This document shows, piece by piece, positions 1 through 8,243 of a stretch of 56,938 bases of DNA (the stretch's first letter is position 1; each line of letters starts with the position of its first letter). Position numbers and translations under genes: made by a program. Location of the stretch: IMG/VR virus record IMGVR_UViG_3300036766_001530; one strand, given 5' to 3'. The stretch comes from an uncultured virus (IMG/VR IMGVR_UViG_3300036766_001530). Its lineage: Duplodnaviria; Heunggongvirae; Uroviricota; Caudoviricetes. Under the pieces are notes generated by a model. It had not been told where the DNA came from, ran no database searches, and saw nothing but the letters and a program-made list of their open reading frames with translations.

Positions 1-53
1 ACGCCAACCAGGGGGCGTCCGCGAAAATTCGCTGTTGTTTAGGCGGAACCAAG

Positions 54-287
54 ATGCGCATCACAAGAGATGATCTCCAACCCAAGAAGTCCAAGACGGT
101 TACGATTCGAGTTCAAGCATCCGTCCTGAAGAAGCTCAAGTCAGAAGCTCGTTCCCTCGGAATAGGCCACACGAGCTTGGCTCGGGTGATTCTGGAAAAG
201 TGGGTGGATGGGTTGGCTGCAAGCCGCCCCCTCAACTCTTCACGCGCGTCGTCTAGCGGCCAAGGCCCCTCGTCGACAACGAGGTGA
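54..287 (+). CDS. CopG/BrnA-like ribbon-helix-helix DNA-binding protein
   Basis: KSKTVTIRVQASVLKKLKSEARSLGIGHTSLARVILEKWV fits the RHH/BrnA pattern; the tail overlaps the tRNA at 242. Confidence 0.6.
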   Translation: MRITRDDLQPKKSKTVTIRVQASVLKKLKSEARSLGIGHTSLARVILEKWVDGLAASRPLNSSRASSSGQGPSSTTR

Positions 288-314
288 TCGGCAGTTCGAG
301 TCTGCCCGCGCGTA
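242..314 (+). tRNA. tRNA-Val(GAC), C at position 33
   Basis: Acceptor ACGCGCG/CGCGCGT; anticodon arm CCTCG-tcGACaa-CGAGG; T-arm GGCAG-TTCGAGT-CTGCC. Confidence 0.8.
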
Positions 315-320
315 CTCCGA

Positions 321-367
321 TCTCGTGTAGCTCAACCGGTGCAGAGCATCGTCCCCAAAGACGAAGG
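321..367 (+). pseudogene. Truncated tRNA (5' half only), ending at a hairpin element
   Basis: TAGCTCAACCGGTGCAGAGC D-arm and TCGTC-cccaaa-GACGA arm (6-nt loop); the repeat at 368 replaces the T-arm and 3' acceptor strand. Confidence 0.65.
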
Positions 368-408
368 GTGAGTCGCGGAGCGACGAACTCCGCTCCGGTC
401 CGGATCAA

Positions 409-481
409 ACGAGCGTAGCTCAGCGGCTAGAGCGTCCGCCCCACACGCGGAAAGTCGAGGGTTCAAGTCCCTCCGCTCGTA
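409..481 (+). tRNA. tRNA-Val(CAC), C33
   Basis: ACGAGCG/CGCTCGT acceptor; TCCGC-ccCACac-GCGGA; GAGGG-TTCAAGT-CCCTC. Confidence 0.85.
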
Positions 482-1594
482 CTAGCCCCGCAGCGCCTTC
501 CGCGCCGCCATGCGAGCGCCCATCGTGTCACCGGCCTGGTAGCGAGACAGTCCCTCACGACCTTGATCGGTGATCGTGACCTTCACCAGCCTCGGCTGCC
601 GCTCGCCCCCGAAGCTCGGCTCGTTCAGGAAGTCCCACGTCGCCATGTTCCGACCCTTGAGATCGCAAGCCGTGTAGTAGGTCGACATGTCCACGTCCTG
701 GTAGACGTGCTCGCCACCTTTGTTGACGAGATCCGCGAGCAGCTCGGCCTGCTTCTTCGAGACCGGCTTCGGTGGTGGGAGAGGCTTCGCCGGCTTCGCT
801 CCTCGACGAGCCGTGGGTGGAGGAGGTGGAAGACCCTGGGAGGAAGCGAGCTGACGCCGCACGTAGTCGAAGTAGCTCGGCTTGGTCGCACCACGAATCG
901 TCGTGAACATCATCATGGGCCGCTGATGTTCGAGCCAGGCGAGGAGTGTTGCTCCGGGGCGATTGGCCCCAGCGGGCGCCGGCAACGATCGCAAGAGCTT
1001 CTGCGTCGCCTCCGAGTAGTACCAGGCTCGGCCCTCTGCCACCTGCGAGACCTGCGGCTCGGGTAGACGGCCGAGCTTCTCTGGCGAGTAGATCCAGGTT
1101 GCGGTGCGACCACCAAGCACCTTGATGTCACTCTCCAGGCCGGAAATCTGAGTCTTGGTCGCGTGTTTCTTCGTCTCGACCGCCGCTTCCCAGCTCTGGC
1201 AGTAGCCGCTGCCGTACTCGCCCTTCCAGCCCGGGCTGATCGCGATGCTCTTGGTCGGCCGCTTCCCTCCCCACTCCCTCTTTCGAGTCGGATCGGCAAC
1301 GTCGATGTAGAGGGACGTCACACGACCTGCGTTCAGATCCGCGAGGTACTGCCGCTCATTCACGAGCCAGGCTTCGAGCTTGCCCTTCCAGTGCTTCGTG
1401 AACTCGCACGACAGCTCGAACGGTAGGTGCCCTTCTCCAGCGCAACGCCCGACCGTCTCGCCCGTCCCAGGTCGCCGATACCCGTGCAGGACCAGCACCG
1501 GATCTTTCGAGCGAGCTTTCGGCTTGACGATTTGCTGTCGGAGGCAGGCCTGACAGGTGCCCTGGAACCGCTTGTCATCGTCGCTCATGGGCAC
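482..1594 (-). CDS. Hypothetical protein with N-terminal Cys/His motif
   Basis: 370-aa ORF filling the gap between two tRNAs; CQAC...H...C. Confidence 0.75.
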   Translation of the reverse strand: MPMSDDDKRFQGTCQACLRQQIVKPKARSKDPVLVLHGYRRPGTGETVGRCAGEGHLPFELSCEFTKHWKGKLEAWLVNERQYLADLNAGRVTSLYIDVADPTRKREWGGKRPTKSIAISPGWKGEYGSGYCQSWEAAVETKKHATKTQISGLESDIKVLGGRTATWIYSPEKLGRLPEPQVSQVAEGRAWYYSEATQKLLRSLPAPAGANRPGATLLAWLEHQRPMMMFTTIRGATKPSYFDYVRRQLASSQGLPPPPPTARRGAKPAKPLPPPKPVSKKQAELLADLVNKGGEHVYQDVDMSTYYTACDLKGRNMATWDFLNEPSFGGERQPRLVKVTITDQGREGLSRYQAGDTMGARMAARKALRG

Positions 1595-1628
1595 ACGCTA
1601 CCAGAAGTAGAGCCTTGCATCACCACTT

Positions 1629-1708
1629 GGAGCCGTAGGGGAGCCAGGCCGTCCCCGCTGGTCTGTCACACCAGAGATCGCTGGGTTCAAATCCCGCCGG
1701 CTCCGCCA
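1629..1708 (+). tRNA. tRNA-Asp(GTC) with encoded CCA
   Basis: GGAGCCG/CGGCTCC-G-CCA; CTGGT-ctGTCac-ACCAG; TTCAAAT T-loop. Confidence 0.85.
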
Positions 1709-1811
1709 TCGTCAGTCCACTGCCGCCGTCTCGGAGGCCAAGAGTTGGTAGCCTTCCGGGTGCGAAAGCATGAGTCGCGGAGCGACGAATTCCGCTCCGG
1801 TCCGGTCCGAT

Positions 1812-2096
1812 TCATTCCACCGCCGCCGTCTCAGGAACGAGAAGCTGATAGCCCTCCGGGTGCGAGAGAAGCTCGGGGAACATCTCGGCCAGTCGCAGGC
1901 TCTCACAACGACGAAGCGTCTCTGGCGATCCACCGATCTCGACTTCGTAGGCTTCGCAGTCGTCCGAGCAGGTGCAGGTCCCCGACACGATGCGGACGGC
2001 TTCGGCGTAGCGCCAGGGACCGCGGCCCGTGAGCAGCCGGCCGATTTCCCTGTAGTCGAGGTCCAGACCGAGACGGGGCGGCATTCCGGAAACCAC
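1812..2096 (-). CDS. Small hypothetical protein
   Basis: 94-aa ORF; its 3' end is duplicated at 1712-1770 with mostly synonymous changes, implying coding constraint. Confidence 0.6.
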   Translation of the reverse strand: MVSGMPPRLGLDLDYREIGRLLTGRGPWRYAEAVRIVSGTCTCSDDCEAYEVEIGGSPETLRRCESLRLAEMFPELLSHPEGYQLLVPETAAVE

Positions 2097-2162
2097 CTCT
2101 TCCTATATGATACCCCAGCGTGAGTCGCGGAGCGACGAACTCCGATCTGGGTTCCGGTTCCG

Positions 2163-2235
2163 GCTGGCGTAGCTCAATCGGCAGAGCGGTTGCTCTATAA
2201 GCGAAGGGTTCCCGGTTCGATCCCGGGCGCCAGTA
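2163..2235 (+). tRNA. tRNA-Ile(TAT), C33
   Basis: GCTGGCG/CGCCAGT acceptor; imperfect stem GTTGC-tcTATaa-GCGAA; CCCGG-TTCGATC-CCGGG. Confidence 0.75.
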
Positions 2236-2244
2236 CGAATTCAC

Positions 2245-2329
2245 GCGGTCGTGGTGAAACTGGAAACCACGCAGGCTTGAGGTGCCTGTGGGCGAAAGCC
2301 CGTTGGGGGTTCGAGTCCCCCCGACCGCA
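2245..2329 (+). tRNA. tRNA-Leu(GAG)
   Basis: CAGGC-ttGAGgt-GCCTG; long variable arm GGGC-GAAA-GCCC. Confidence 0.9.
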
Positions 2330-2335
2330 CAAGAA

Positions 2336-2596
2336 CTAGCGCCTGTCGATATGCCTCTCGACAAGCTTCATCATCTCCATCATGTTCGCCGAGCGCTTCC
2401 CGAGCACGAGCGCGAGCTTGCTGTCGGCGACGATAACGCGACCGTCGCTGGGCGACTGGAGCTTGTGCCGCTTGATGTAGCCCCAGAGCTTCTTGACGAT
2501 CTGGGCGCTCGGCAGCGGCTTGTGACCAACGATCGCCCCGAGGGTGGAGTCGACGCGGACCGGACGTGAAAGGGCGCGAGAGAGCTTTCGTGGCAT
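2336..2596 (-). CDS. SWIB/MDM2 domain protein
   Basis: LGAIVG...QIVKKLWGYIKRHKLQSPSDGRVIVADSKLALVLG...MMEMMKLVERHI is a typical stand-alone SWIB; start placed at MPRKL. Confidence 0.85.
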   Translation of the reverse strand: MPRKLSRALSRPVRVDSTLGAIVGHKPLPSAQIVKKLWGYIKRHKLQSPSDGRVIVADSKLALVLGKRSANMMEMMKLVERHIDRR

Positions 2597-2753
2597 GGGC
2601 AGGAACCTCCTGCCGGGCAACGTAGCACGAGACTCCGGCACTCCGAAAAAGACGAAGGGCCCGGGTGAACTACCCCGAGCCCCTCGCGGTCCGCCAGCCG
2701 CAGACCAGCCGGCTTCCAGAAGTATCAGGACTAGAGATTCAAGTCAATACCCT

Positions 2754-2838
2754 GCGAGGGTGGCGGAATTGGCAGATCGCGCATCGTTCAGACCGATGTG
2801 GGGGCAACCCCGTGGAGGTTCGAGTCCTCTCCCTCGCA
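2754..2838 (+). tRNA. tRNA-Leu(CAG)
   Basis: CATCG-ttCAGac-CGATG; variable arm GGGG-CAA-CCCC; repeat element begins at 2841. Confidence 0.9.
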
Positions 2839-2883
2839 CAGTGAGCCGCGAAGCGGCGAACTCCGAGTCCGATCCGGACTCAA

Positions 2884-2958
2884 GCCGGCGTGGCCCAACC
2901 TGGTAGAGGCCTCGTCTCAAAAACGAGTCATGTGCGAGTTCGAGTCTCGCCGCCGGTA
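2884..2958 (+). tRNA. Atypical tRNA, anticodon CAA (Leu) on a short-variable-arm body
   Basis: GCCGGCG/CGCCGGT; CTCGT-ctCAAaa-ACGAG; GCGAG-TTCGAGT-CTCGC; no long variable arm. Confidence 0.7.
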
Positions 2959-3046
2959 CTGAAATCCAGATCAGAAAACCCAGATCAGAAAAACCCGGAG
3001 TGCGCCGCTTCGCGGCTTACCCTGTAGAATGAAAGGAGGTGACGCC

Positions 3047-3610
3047 GTGACTGCTCTTGCTCTCGAAGGAAGAAGGGTTCTCGTAGTAGATGCCGGTCTC
3101 CAACCGGTCAACATCGTCTCGTGGCGGAGGGCCATGTGTCTCCTCTTCTCGGGGGAAGACGACGACGAGCCGCCCAAGGTCATCGAGTGGAGCGAGGACG
3201 GTGCCGTCATCACGAGCCCATCGCGCAACTACCCGCTGCCCTCCGTCATCCAGCTCGGCAGCATGCTGGCGCCATGGCGGCGCCGGCCAAAGTTCTGTCG
3301 CAAGAACGTCCTCGTCGGCCGTGACCGGTGCGTCTGTCAATACTGCGGACGCCAGTTCTCGACCGAAGGGCTGACGCTCGATCACGTCACGCCGCGAGCG
3401 CAGGGAGGAACCACCACCTGGGAGAACACGGTCGCAGCCTGCGTGCCGTGCAACCAGAAGAAGGCCAACCGAACGCCCGTGCAGGCCGGCATGCGCCTCG
3501 TGCGCAAGCCCGTCCGCCCGCGCGACATCATGGAGTCCGAGGTCCGGCAGAACCCCAGGGGCGCTCCGCCCGAGTGGAAGAACTACTGGACCGGCCGGCT
3601 GCTCCCGTAG
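3047..3610 (+). CDS. HNH endonuclease (McrA-like)
   Basis: RDRCVCQYCG...TLDHVTPRAQGG...WENTVAACVPCNQKK; RBS AAAGGAGGT precedes GTG 3047. Confidence 0.92.
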   Translation: MTALALEGRRVLVVDAGLQPVNIVSWRRAMCLLFSGEDDDEPPKVIEWSEDGAVITSPSRNYPLPSVIQLGSMLAPWRRRPKFCRKNVLVGRDRCVCQYCGRQFSTEGLTLDHVTPRAQGGTTTWENTVAACVPCNQKKANRTPVQAGMRLVRKPVRPRDIMESEVRQNPRGAPPEWKNYWTGRLLP

Positions 3611-3668
3611 GTGAGCCGCGAAGCGGCGAACTCCGCTCTGCTCCGTTCCGTGCTCGCCTCCGGGGAAT

Positions 3669-4136
3669 TTACTTCCCCGGAGCGTTGGCGGCGAGCACCT
3701 TCAGACTTTCCACCAACTCGGCCACCATCGCAGCTCCAGCTTCCGCCTCAGCCTGCCGCAAAGCCCTCTCGGTCTCGACAAGCTTGTGATCCAGATCCCT
3801 CATCTTGAGGCGGATCTCATCCTTGGCCTTCTCGTCTCGCGCACGAACCACATCCAGCAACAGGCCCATGTACGAGCTGGCCACCCCCTCGTAGAGACGT
3901 GCCCGGTTGTAGTACCGACATGCAGCCGTGGCAAAGAGTCGTCCGACAGCAAGCTGCTTTTCCAGAGCCAGCATGAACTCGCGGTTGTCCTGCGCGCTCT
4001 CTCGCCGAAACCTCTCCCATTTCTTCTCCCTCTCGCGAGCCGTCCGATCGATGAACAGAGACAAGCGAAACTTGTCGAGCCAGAACAGAAACGAAAGAGC
4101 AAGGAGAAAGCAGACACCGATCACCGTCAGAGGCAT
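3669..4136 (-). CDS. Membrane-anchored coiled-coil hypothetical protein
   Basis: N-terminal hydrophobic helix followed by charged helical sequence. Confidence 0.6.
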   Translation of the reverse strand: MPLTVIGVCFLLALSFLFWLDKFRLSLFIDRTAREREKKWERFRRESAQDNREFMLALEKQLAVGRLFATAACRYYNRARLYEGVASSYMGLLLDVVRARDEKAKDEIRLKMRDLDHKLVETERALRQAEAEAGAAMVAELVESLKVLAANAPGK

Positions 4137-4153
4137 GGTCCATAAATCTTACC

Positions 4154-4226
4154 GCCCTCGTAGCTCAGTGGATAGAGCGCTGATCTCCGACATCAGAGGC
4201 CGTGAGTCCGAGTCTCACCGAGGGCA
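4154..4226 (+). tRNA. tRNA-Arg(CCG)
   Basis: GCCCTCG/CGAGGGC; CTGAT-ctCCGac-ATCAG; variant T-loop TCCGAGT. Confidence 0.85.
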
Positions 4227-4239
4227 CAGTTAGTTTTCA

Positions 4240-4312
4240 GGGCCCGTAGCTCATCTGGAAGAGCGCTCGCCCCGCAAGCGAGAGGCGGAAGGTTCAAGTC
4301 CTTTCGGGTCCA
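4240..4312 (+). tRNA. tRNA-Ala(CGC), C33
   Basis: G3:U70 Ala determinant; CTCGC-ccCGCaa-GCGAG. Confidence 0.9.
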
Positions 4313-4313
4313 C

Positions 4314-4388
4314 GCCGGTGTAGATCAGCGGTAGATTGCGTCCTTGGTAAGGACGAGGTCGCGAGTTCAATCCTCGCCGCCGGCTCCA
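4314..4388 (+). tRNA. tRNA-Thr(GGT) with encoded CCA
   Basis: CGTCC-ttGGTaa-GGACG; GCGAG-TTCAATC-CTCGC. Confidence 0.9.
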
Positions 4389-4389
4389 T

Positions 4390-4463
4390 GCGCTCGTAGC
4401 TCAGACGGACAGAGCGGCGGTTCCCTAAACCGCAGGTCGACCGTTCGATTCGGTCCGAGCGCA
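4390..4463 (+). tRNA. tRNA-Arg(CCT), C33
   Basis: GCGCTCG/CGAGCGC; GCGGT-tcCCTaa-ACCGC; A20 in the D-loop. Confidence 0.85.
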
Positions 4464-4661
4464 CGTGAGCCGCGAAAGTGAGTCGCGAAGCGGCGAACTC
4501 CGAGTCCGATCCGGTTTCTCCGACGACGTCTTCTATTACCTTGTCTATCCCAACTTGCGCCCATGCTGTAAACGCGGCATGGTGAGCCGCGAAGCGGCGA
4601 ACTCCTGATCCGGTCCGGTCCGGTTTAACCCCGTTCCTTGCCCCGGCTCGTCCAAGCCTCC

Positions 4662-4690
4662 TTGCAGTCATGCTGTAAACGCGGCATGAT
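4662..4690 (+). promoter_or_regulatory. Possible sigma70-like promoter
   Basis: TTGCAG-17 bp-CATGAT just upstream of 4697; a truncated sister copy lies at 4555-4581. Confidence 0.35.
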
Positions 4691-4696
4691 CCAACC

Positions 4697-4957
4697 GTGC
4701 AGGTCAAGCCAGCCTACGATCTGACCGGCCAGGTCTTCGGCCGCCTCACGGCCATCAAGGTCGTGAAGAAGGATCGCGCTCGGCGCTACTACTGGCTCTG
4801 CCGCTGCCGCTGCAACCCCAACCGGACGACTGTCGTCAGGGCCGACTACCTCAAGGGTGGAGTCATCGAAAGCTGCGGATGTCTGCGCGTGGATCTGCGC
4901 CGCAGCGGCATGACGATCCGAGCGGCTCTGCGACGCCTTGCGCCTCGCGCCGCCTAA
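4697..4957 (+). CDS. Stand-alone N-terminal module of phage AP2/HNH-associated proteins
   Basis: DLTGQVFGRLT...WLCRCRC...L..G...SCGCL motif; no nuclease or AP2 domain follows. Confidence 0.75.
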   Translation: MQVKPAYDLTGQVFGRLTAIKVVKKDRARRYYWLCRCRCNPNRTTVVRADYLKGGVIESCGCLRVDLRRSGMTIRAALRRLAPRAA

Positions 4958-6234
4958 GGCTTGTCGTCCTTATGACCCCAGGCTTCCTTGAGAGTGCCGA
5001 GAAGCCACCCGAAGGAAGCGACACCACCGCCGCTTCCTCCATCGCCACCTCCGCTCCTCTTCGCAGCCCTATCTGCCCGGCGCTGAGCGCGAAGAGCCTG
5101 ACGATCTGCCTCTACCTTTTTCCCCAGATCGTTGTTCTTGAGAGCATCCTGATTCGCCTTCTCGGACTCACGGTCCATGTCCTTCCACAACCTTCGCATC
5201 CCGCGCTCGGCCTGCTCTTGCTCGCGCAACCCTTCGCCGTTCGCGTACTTCTCGTATTTCTCGACCTCGCGCTGATCGATCTCCTTCTGAACCAGAGCCT
5301 TCTCGGCAAGCCGCCGAGTCGTTGTGCCGCTGGGGGAATCGAGCCAGGACTTCACTGCACGCGAGGCCTCGTCTCGCTTCATGCCGAAGGCCAAGATCGC
5401 GGACGACTCGATCGAGGCTACGTCGCCAACCAACGACCGCTCGGTGAGAGACGGTCGAAACGAAACGAGATCGTCAACCGCATCCATAGCTCGACGTCTT
5501 GACCAGCTTGCGAACGCGAGCTTCGCACGCGCGACGTCTCCACCGGTGTGTGGCGTGAGCAGCTCGACGACATCACCTCTCGTTTCCAGAGCTTCTTGCC
5601 AGAGTCCCCGGACAAGTTCGTCTTCGACACCCTTCGGTTGGACGCTCGCCTCGACACCCTTCGGTTGGACGCTCGCCTCGACACCCTTCGGCTGAACGCT
5701 CGCCTCGACACCCTTCGGCTGAACACTCGCCTCGACACCCTTCGGTCGAGGGATGATCTCCGGCTCGACATCGACGTCAATGACAAGCGGCTCCAACCTG
5801 GTGGGAGCCGGCTCGCCCTCCACCACCGCGGCTGGTCCCTTGTGATCTCGCTCTTTCCCCCGCTCGATACCCAGCTTCACCACCTCGGGCTCGTACCACA
5901 ACGAGCTGCGAGTGCCCTGCATCGCAGAACCGAAGTAACCGAGGTTGGCCAAGTACACGACTCGCGTGAGCGGCAGCGAATAGTTCTCGGCAATGTCGGG
6001 CCTGGTCAACCAGCTCTCGCAGCCATCTGGAGGTATCGGCTTGTGACTCGTCACATTAGAAAGGATACCCCAACCCTCCCGATCGCTACTCTGGAATGTC
6101 ACACTGGAATTCGATCTCCCTGGGCTCCTTTTGATCACTAGGATTACCGACGGAGATTCGACGTTATGAAACGACGTCGGCGCCCAACTATAGAATTCGA
6201 TCTTTCTAACATGGTTGGCACCAGGCTGCTTCAC
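4954..6234 (-). CDS. Hypothetical protein with PKGVEASVQ tandem repeats
   Basis: 426-aa ORF; the internal 27-bp repeat is in frame. Confidence 0.6.
   Translation of the reverse strand: MKQPGANHVRKIEFYSWAPTSFHNVESPSVILVIKRSPGRSNSSVTFQSSDREGWGILSNVTSHKPIPPDGCESWLTRPDIAENYSLPLTRVVYLANLGYFGSAMQGTRSSLWYEPEVVKLGIERGKERDHKGPAAVVEGEPAPTRLEPLVIDVDVEPEIIPRPKGVEASVQPKGVEASVQPKGVEASVQPKGVEASVQPKGVEDELVRGLWQEALETRGDVVELLTPHTGGDVARAKLAFASWSRRRAMDAVDDLVSFRPSLTERSLVGDVASIESSAILAFGMKRDEASRAVKSWLDSPSGTTTRRLAEKALVQKEIDQREVEKYEKYANGEGLREQEQAERGMRRLWKDMDRESEKANQDALKNNDLGKKVEADRQALRAQRRADRAAKRSGGGDGGSGGGVASFGWLLGTLKEAWGHKDDKP
5624..5745. repeat. 27-bp tandem repeat, about 4.5 copies
   Basis: TCGACACCCTTCGGTTGGACGCTCGCC units. 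Confidence 0.95.
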
Positions 6235-6285
6235 CGTCGGTGCTGGCTAGCGCGCGACATCCTGGCCTCGCGCCCATGGCCCCGC

Positions 6286-6346
6286 CCGCTCTTGAGAAGT
6301 GGCCCACCCACTCTTGAGAAGTGGCCCCTCCGCTTTCGAGAAGTGC
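6286..6346. promoter_or_regulatory. Three 22-bp-period quasi-palindromic repeats (operator/iteron-like)
   Basis: CC(G/A)CTCTTGAGAAGTGGC-like units at 6286, 6308 and 6330 in the divergent intergenic region. Confidence 0.55.
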
Positions 6347-6605
6347 TGCGTTCCAGATTTGGAACGATTTGTCTCTCCACAGGACAGACCCTCCGAATCA
6401 CTCGGCTATTCCTTGCTCCTAGTATCGACTCGAATCCTCAATGGTTGCGCCGCCTCGTCGAGAATCGACATGACATGGCCTCTGGCCATCTTCACGAAAG
6501 GTCCGAAATTACGCAGAATTTGGGGGTCAACCAAACCGCCTCGAATGTGTCGAGGCAACCACTTCGTTTCCGGGGTTCGGGACCACCGGAAGGAGACACT
6601 GAACC

Positions 6606-7067
6606 ATGGCTCTGCATCTGACCCAGTCCGACATCATCCGCTTCAAGCACCAGGCGGAGGCGATGAAGAATCGTGCAAAGGCTGCCTTGGAGAAGGCAGA
6701 CGGCGCGGTCGACACGCTCATCCGGTCCTCCGAGGTCGCTGTCTCGGCGTTCGCCTTCGGCGTTCTCCAGGGCAAGTTCAAGAAGCAGGGCGGTGTCACG
6801 CTGCTCGGCATCCCCGTCGATCTGCTCTCGGGCGTGGGCTTCCACGTCCTCGGGCTGGCCGGCGTCGGCGGCCGGAACGCGCATCACCTCCACGCCTTCG
6901 GCGACGGTGCCCTGGCGTCCTACTTCACCACGCTCGGCCGGGGAGTCGGCGCGAGCTGGGGTGGCGGCGTCGCGGGAGCCATCGAGGGCGACCGTGCGGT
7001 GACGGGCGGTGGGAGCCTGGCCGACGAGGAGCTGGCGCGCATGGTGAGCGCGGCGGCCCGCAAGTAG
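6606..7067 (+). CDS. Putative virion membrane protein
   Basis: RBS AAGGAG; Gly/Ala-rich hydrophobic helices; first gene of the + strand block. Confidence 0.75.
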   Translation: MALHLTQSDIIRFKHQAEAMKNRAKAALEKADGAVDTLIRSSEVAVSAFAFGVLQGKFKKQGGVTLLGIPVDLLSGVGFHVLGLAGVGGRNAHHLHAFGDGALASYFTTLGRGVGASWGGGVAGAIEGDRAVTGGGSLADEELARMVSAAARK

Positions 7068-7269
7068 GTGAGTCGCGGAGCGACGAACTCCGGTCCGGAC
7101 TCCGGTCCGAACCAGGGAACCAAGCTCACAAGCTCCTCAAGCAAAAGCAGCCGGCGACCAGGCCGGTAGCAAGAGTCCGAAACCCGAACCCGAAACCCGC
7201 TCCCGACAATCAACCCCACCAATTCCGGTGGGCACGAGACCCCGGGAGTTGAACGAAAGAAGGATCAAC

Positions 7270-7896
7270 ATGCGTACGGACATCGTGGGAGCCTCCGAGA
7301 TCGTCGGCGACGACGTGCTCGACGGCGACATCTTCGGAGACGTCGAAGGCGACGCCTTCGTGGGCGACGAATCGGCCGGGGACATCGACGCGCTCATGGG
7401 CGCGTGGTACAACCCCCTGTCGTGGGGCCGCACCAAGGGCCCCTCGGCCCAGCAGCGGGCCATGGCCCTCCAGCAGCAGAGGGCGGCGGCACAGTCCGCG
7501 CTGGCTCGTCGTCGCGTGTCGGAGGGTTCGATCCTCCGCGACGTGGCGCCGACCAAGAGCCGGGAGTACATCCTCGGCTTCGACGTGACGTCCATCCCGG
7601 GCGGCGCGAGCGCGAACATCACGAAGAGGCCCCAGGTCATCTTCCGGCCGGAGCGGGTGATCATCCCCTCGACGGTCGGTGTGAACTTCCAGGTCCTCGA
7701 CGTGAAGGTCGGAAAGAACTCGCAGTTCACCGCGAGCGGCTCCGTCCCCGCCGTCGTCTTCGCCGAGACGTCGTTCGGCGTCCGCCTGAAGATGGACACC
7801 TGCCAGGTGTCGATGGACGTGACCCTGAGCGTCCAGAACACCAACGCGAACGCGCAGAACTTCACCGCCGCCATCATCGGCCCGGCGGTCGAGTAG
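7270..7896 (+). CDS. Candidate major capsid protein (single jelly-roll-like) with acidic propeptide
   Basis: Strong codon bias; acidic N-terminus with GDAFVG; C-terminal ~110 aa of alternating beta-strands (ILGFD...RPQVIFRPERVII...FQVLDVKVG...VTLSVQN...FTAAIIG). The fold is inferred. Confidence 0.55.
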   Translation: MRTDIVGASEIVGDDVLDGDIFGDVEGDAFVGDESAGDIDALMGAWYNPLSWGRTKGPSAQQRAMALQQQRAAAQSALARRRVSEGSILRDVAPTKSREYILGFDVTSIPGGASANITKRPQVIFRPERVIIPSTVGVNFQVLDVKVGKNSQFTASGSVPAVVFAETSFGVRLKMDTCQVSMDVTLSVQNTNANAQNFTAAIIGPAVE

Positions 7897-8243
7897 GTGA
7901 GTCGCGAAGCGACGAACTCCGATCTGGACTCCGGGTTTCTTCCGGGTTCCTGACCAGAGCCGGGTGGTGAGCCCGGATCGTCGCTTCGCACCCGCTTTCT
8001 GTTTTTCGCCGTAGCGAGACCCGCTCGGCCCCGGTGGTGAACCGGGCAAATCGTGGGGGTCGTCCCCGGCGGCGCGTTTCCTGAAAGTCCCAGGAACGCG
8101 CCGTCCGGGGGCTACTTTCGGAAGGGGATGGCTCCCTCCGCAACTGTTCGATTCGGTTGCTTCCGACCAAAACTAAATAGTCCCCGAAGCAGACCGTCCC
8201 CACGGCCGTTCGCTCCGGGAGTCCTTTCGAGAAAGGAAACGCA

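Noticed and set aside
4390..4463. Amber suppressor tRNA (CTA in the loops here and at 2163)
   Set aside because: Stem geometry centres the anticodons on CCT and TAT, and TAG is used as a normal stop
368..4620. Hairpin repeats as a CRISPR array
   Set aside because: Spacing is irregular (100 bp to several kb), both orientations occur, copies lie in genes, and no cas genes are visible
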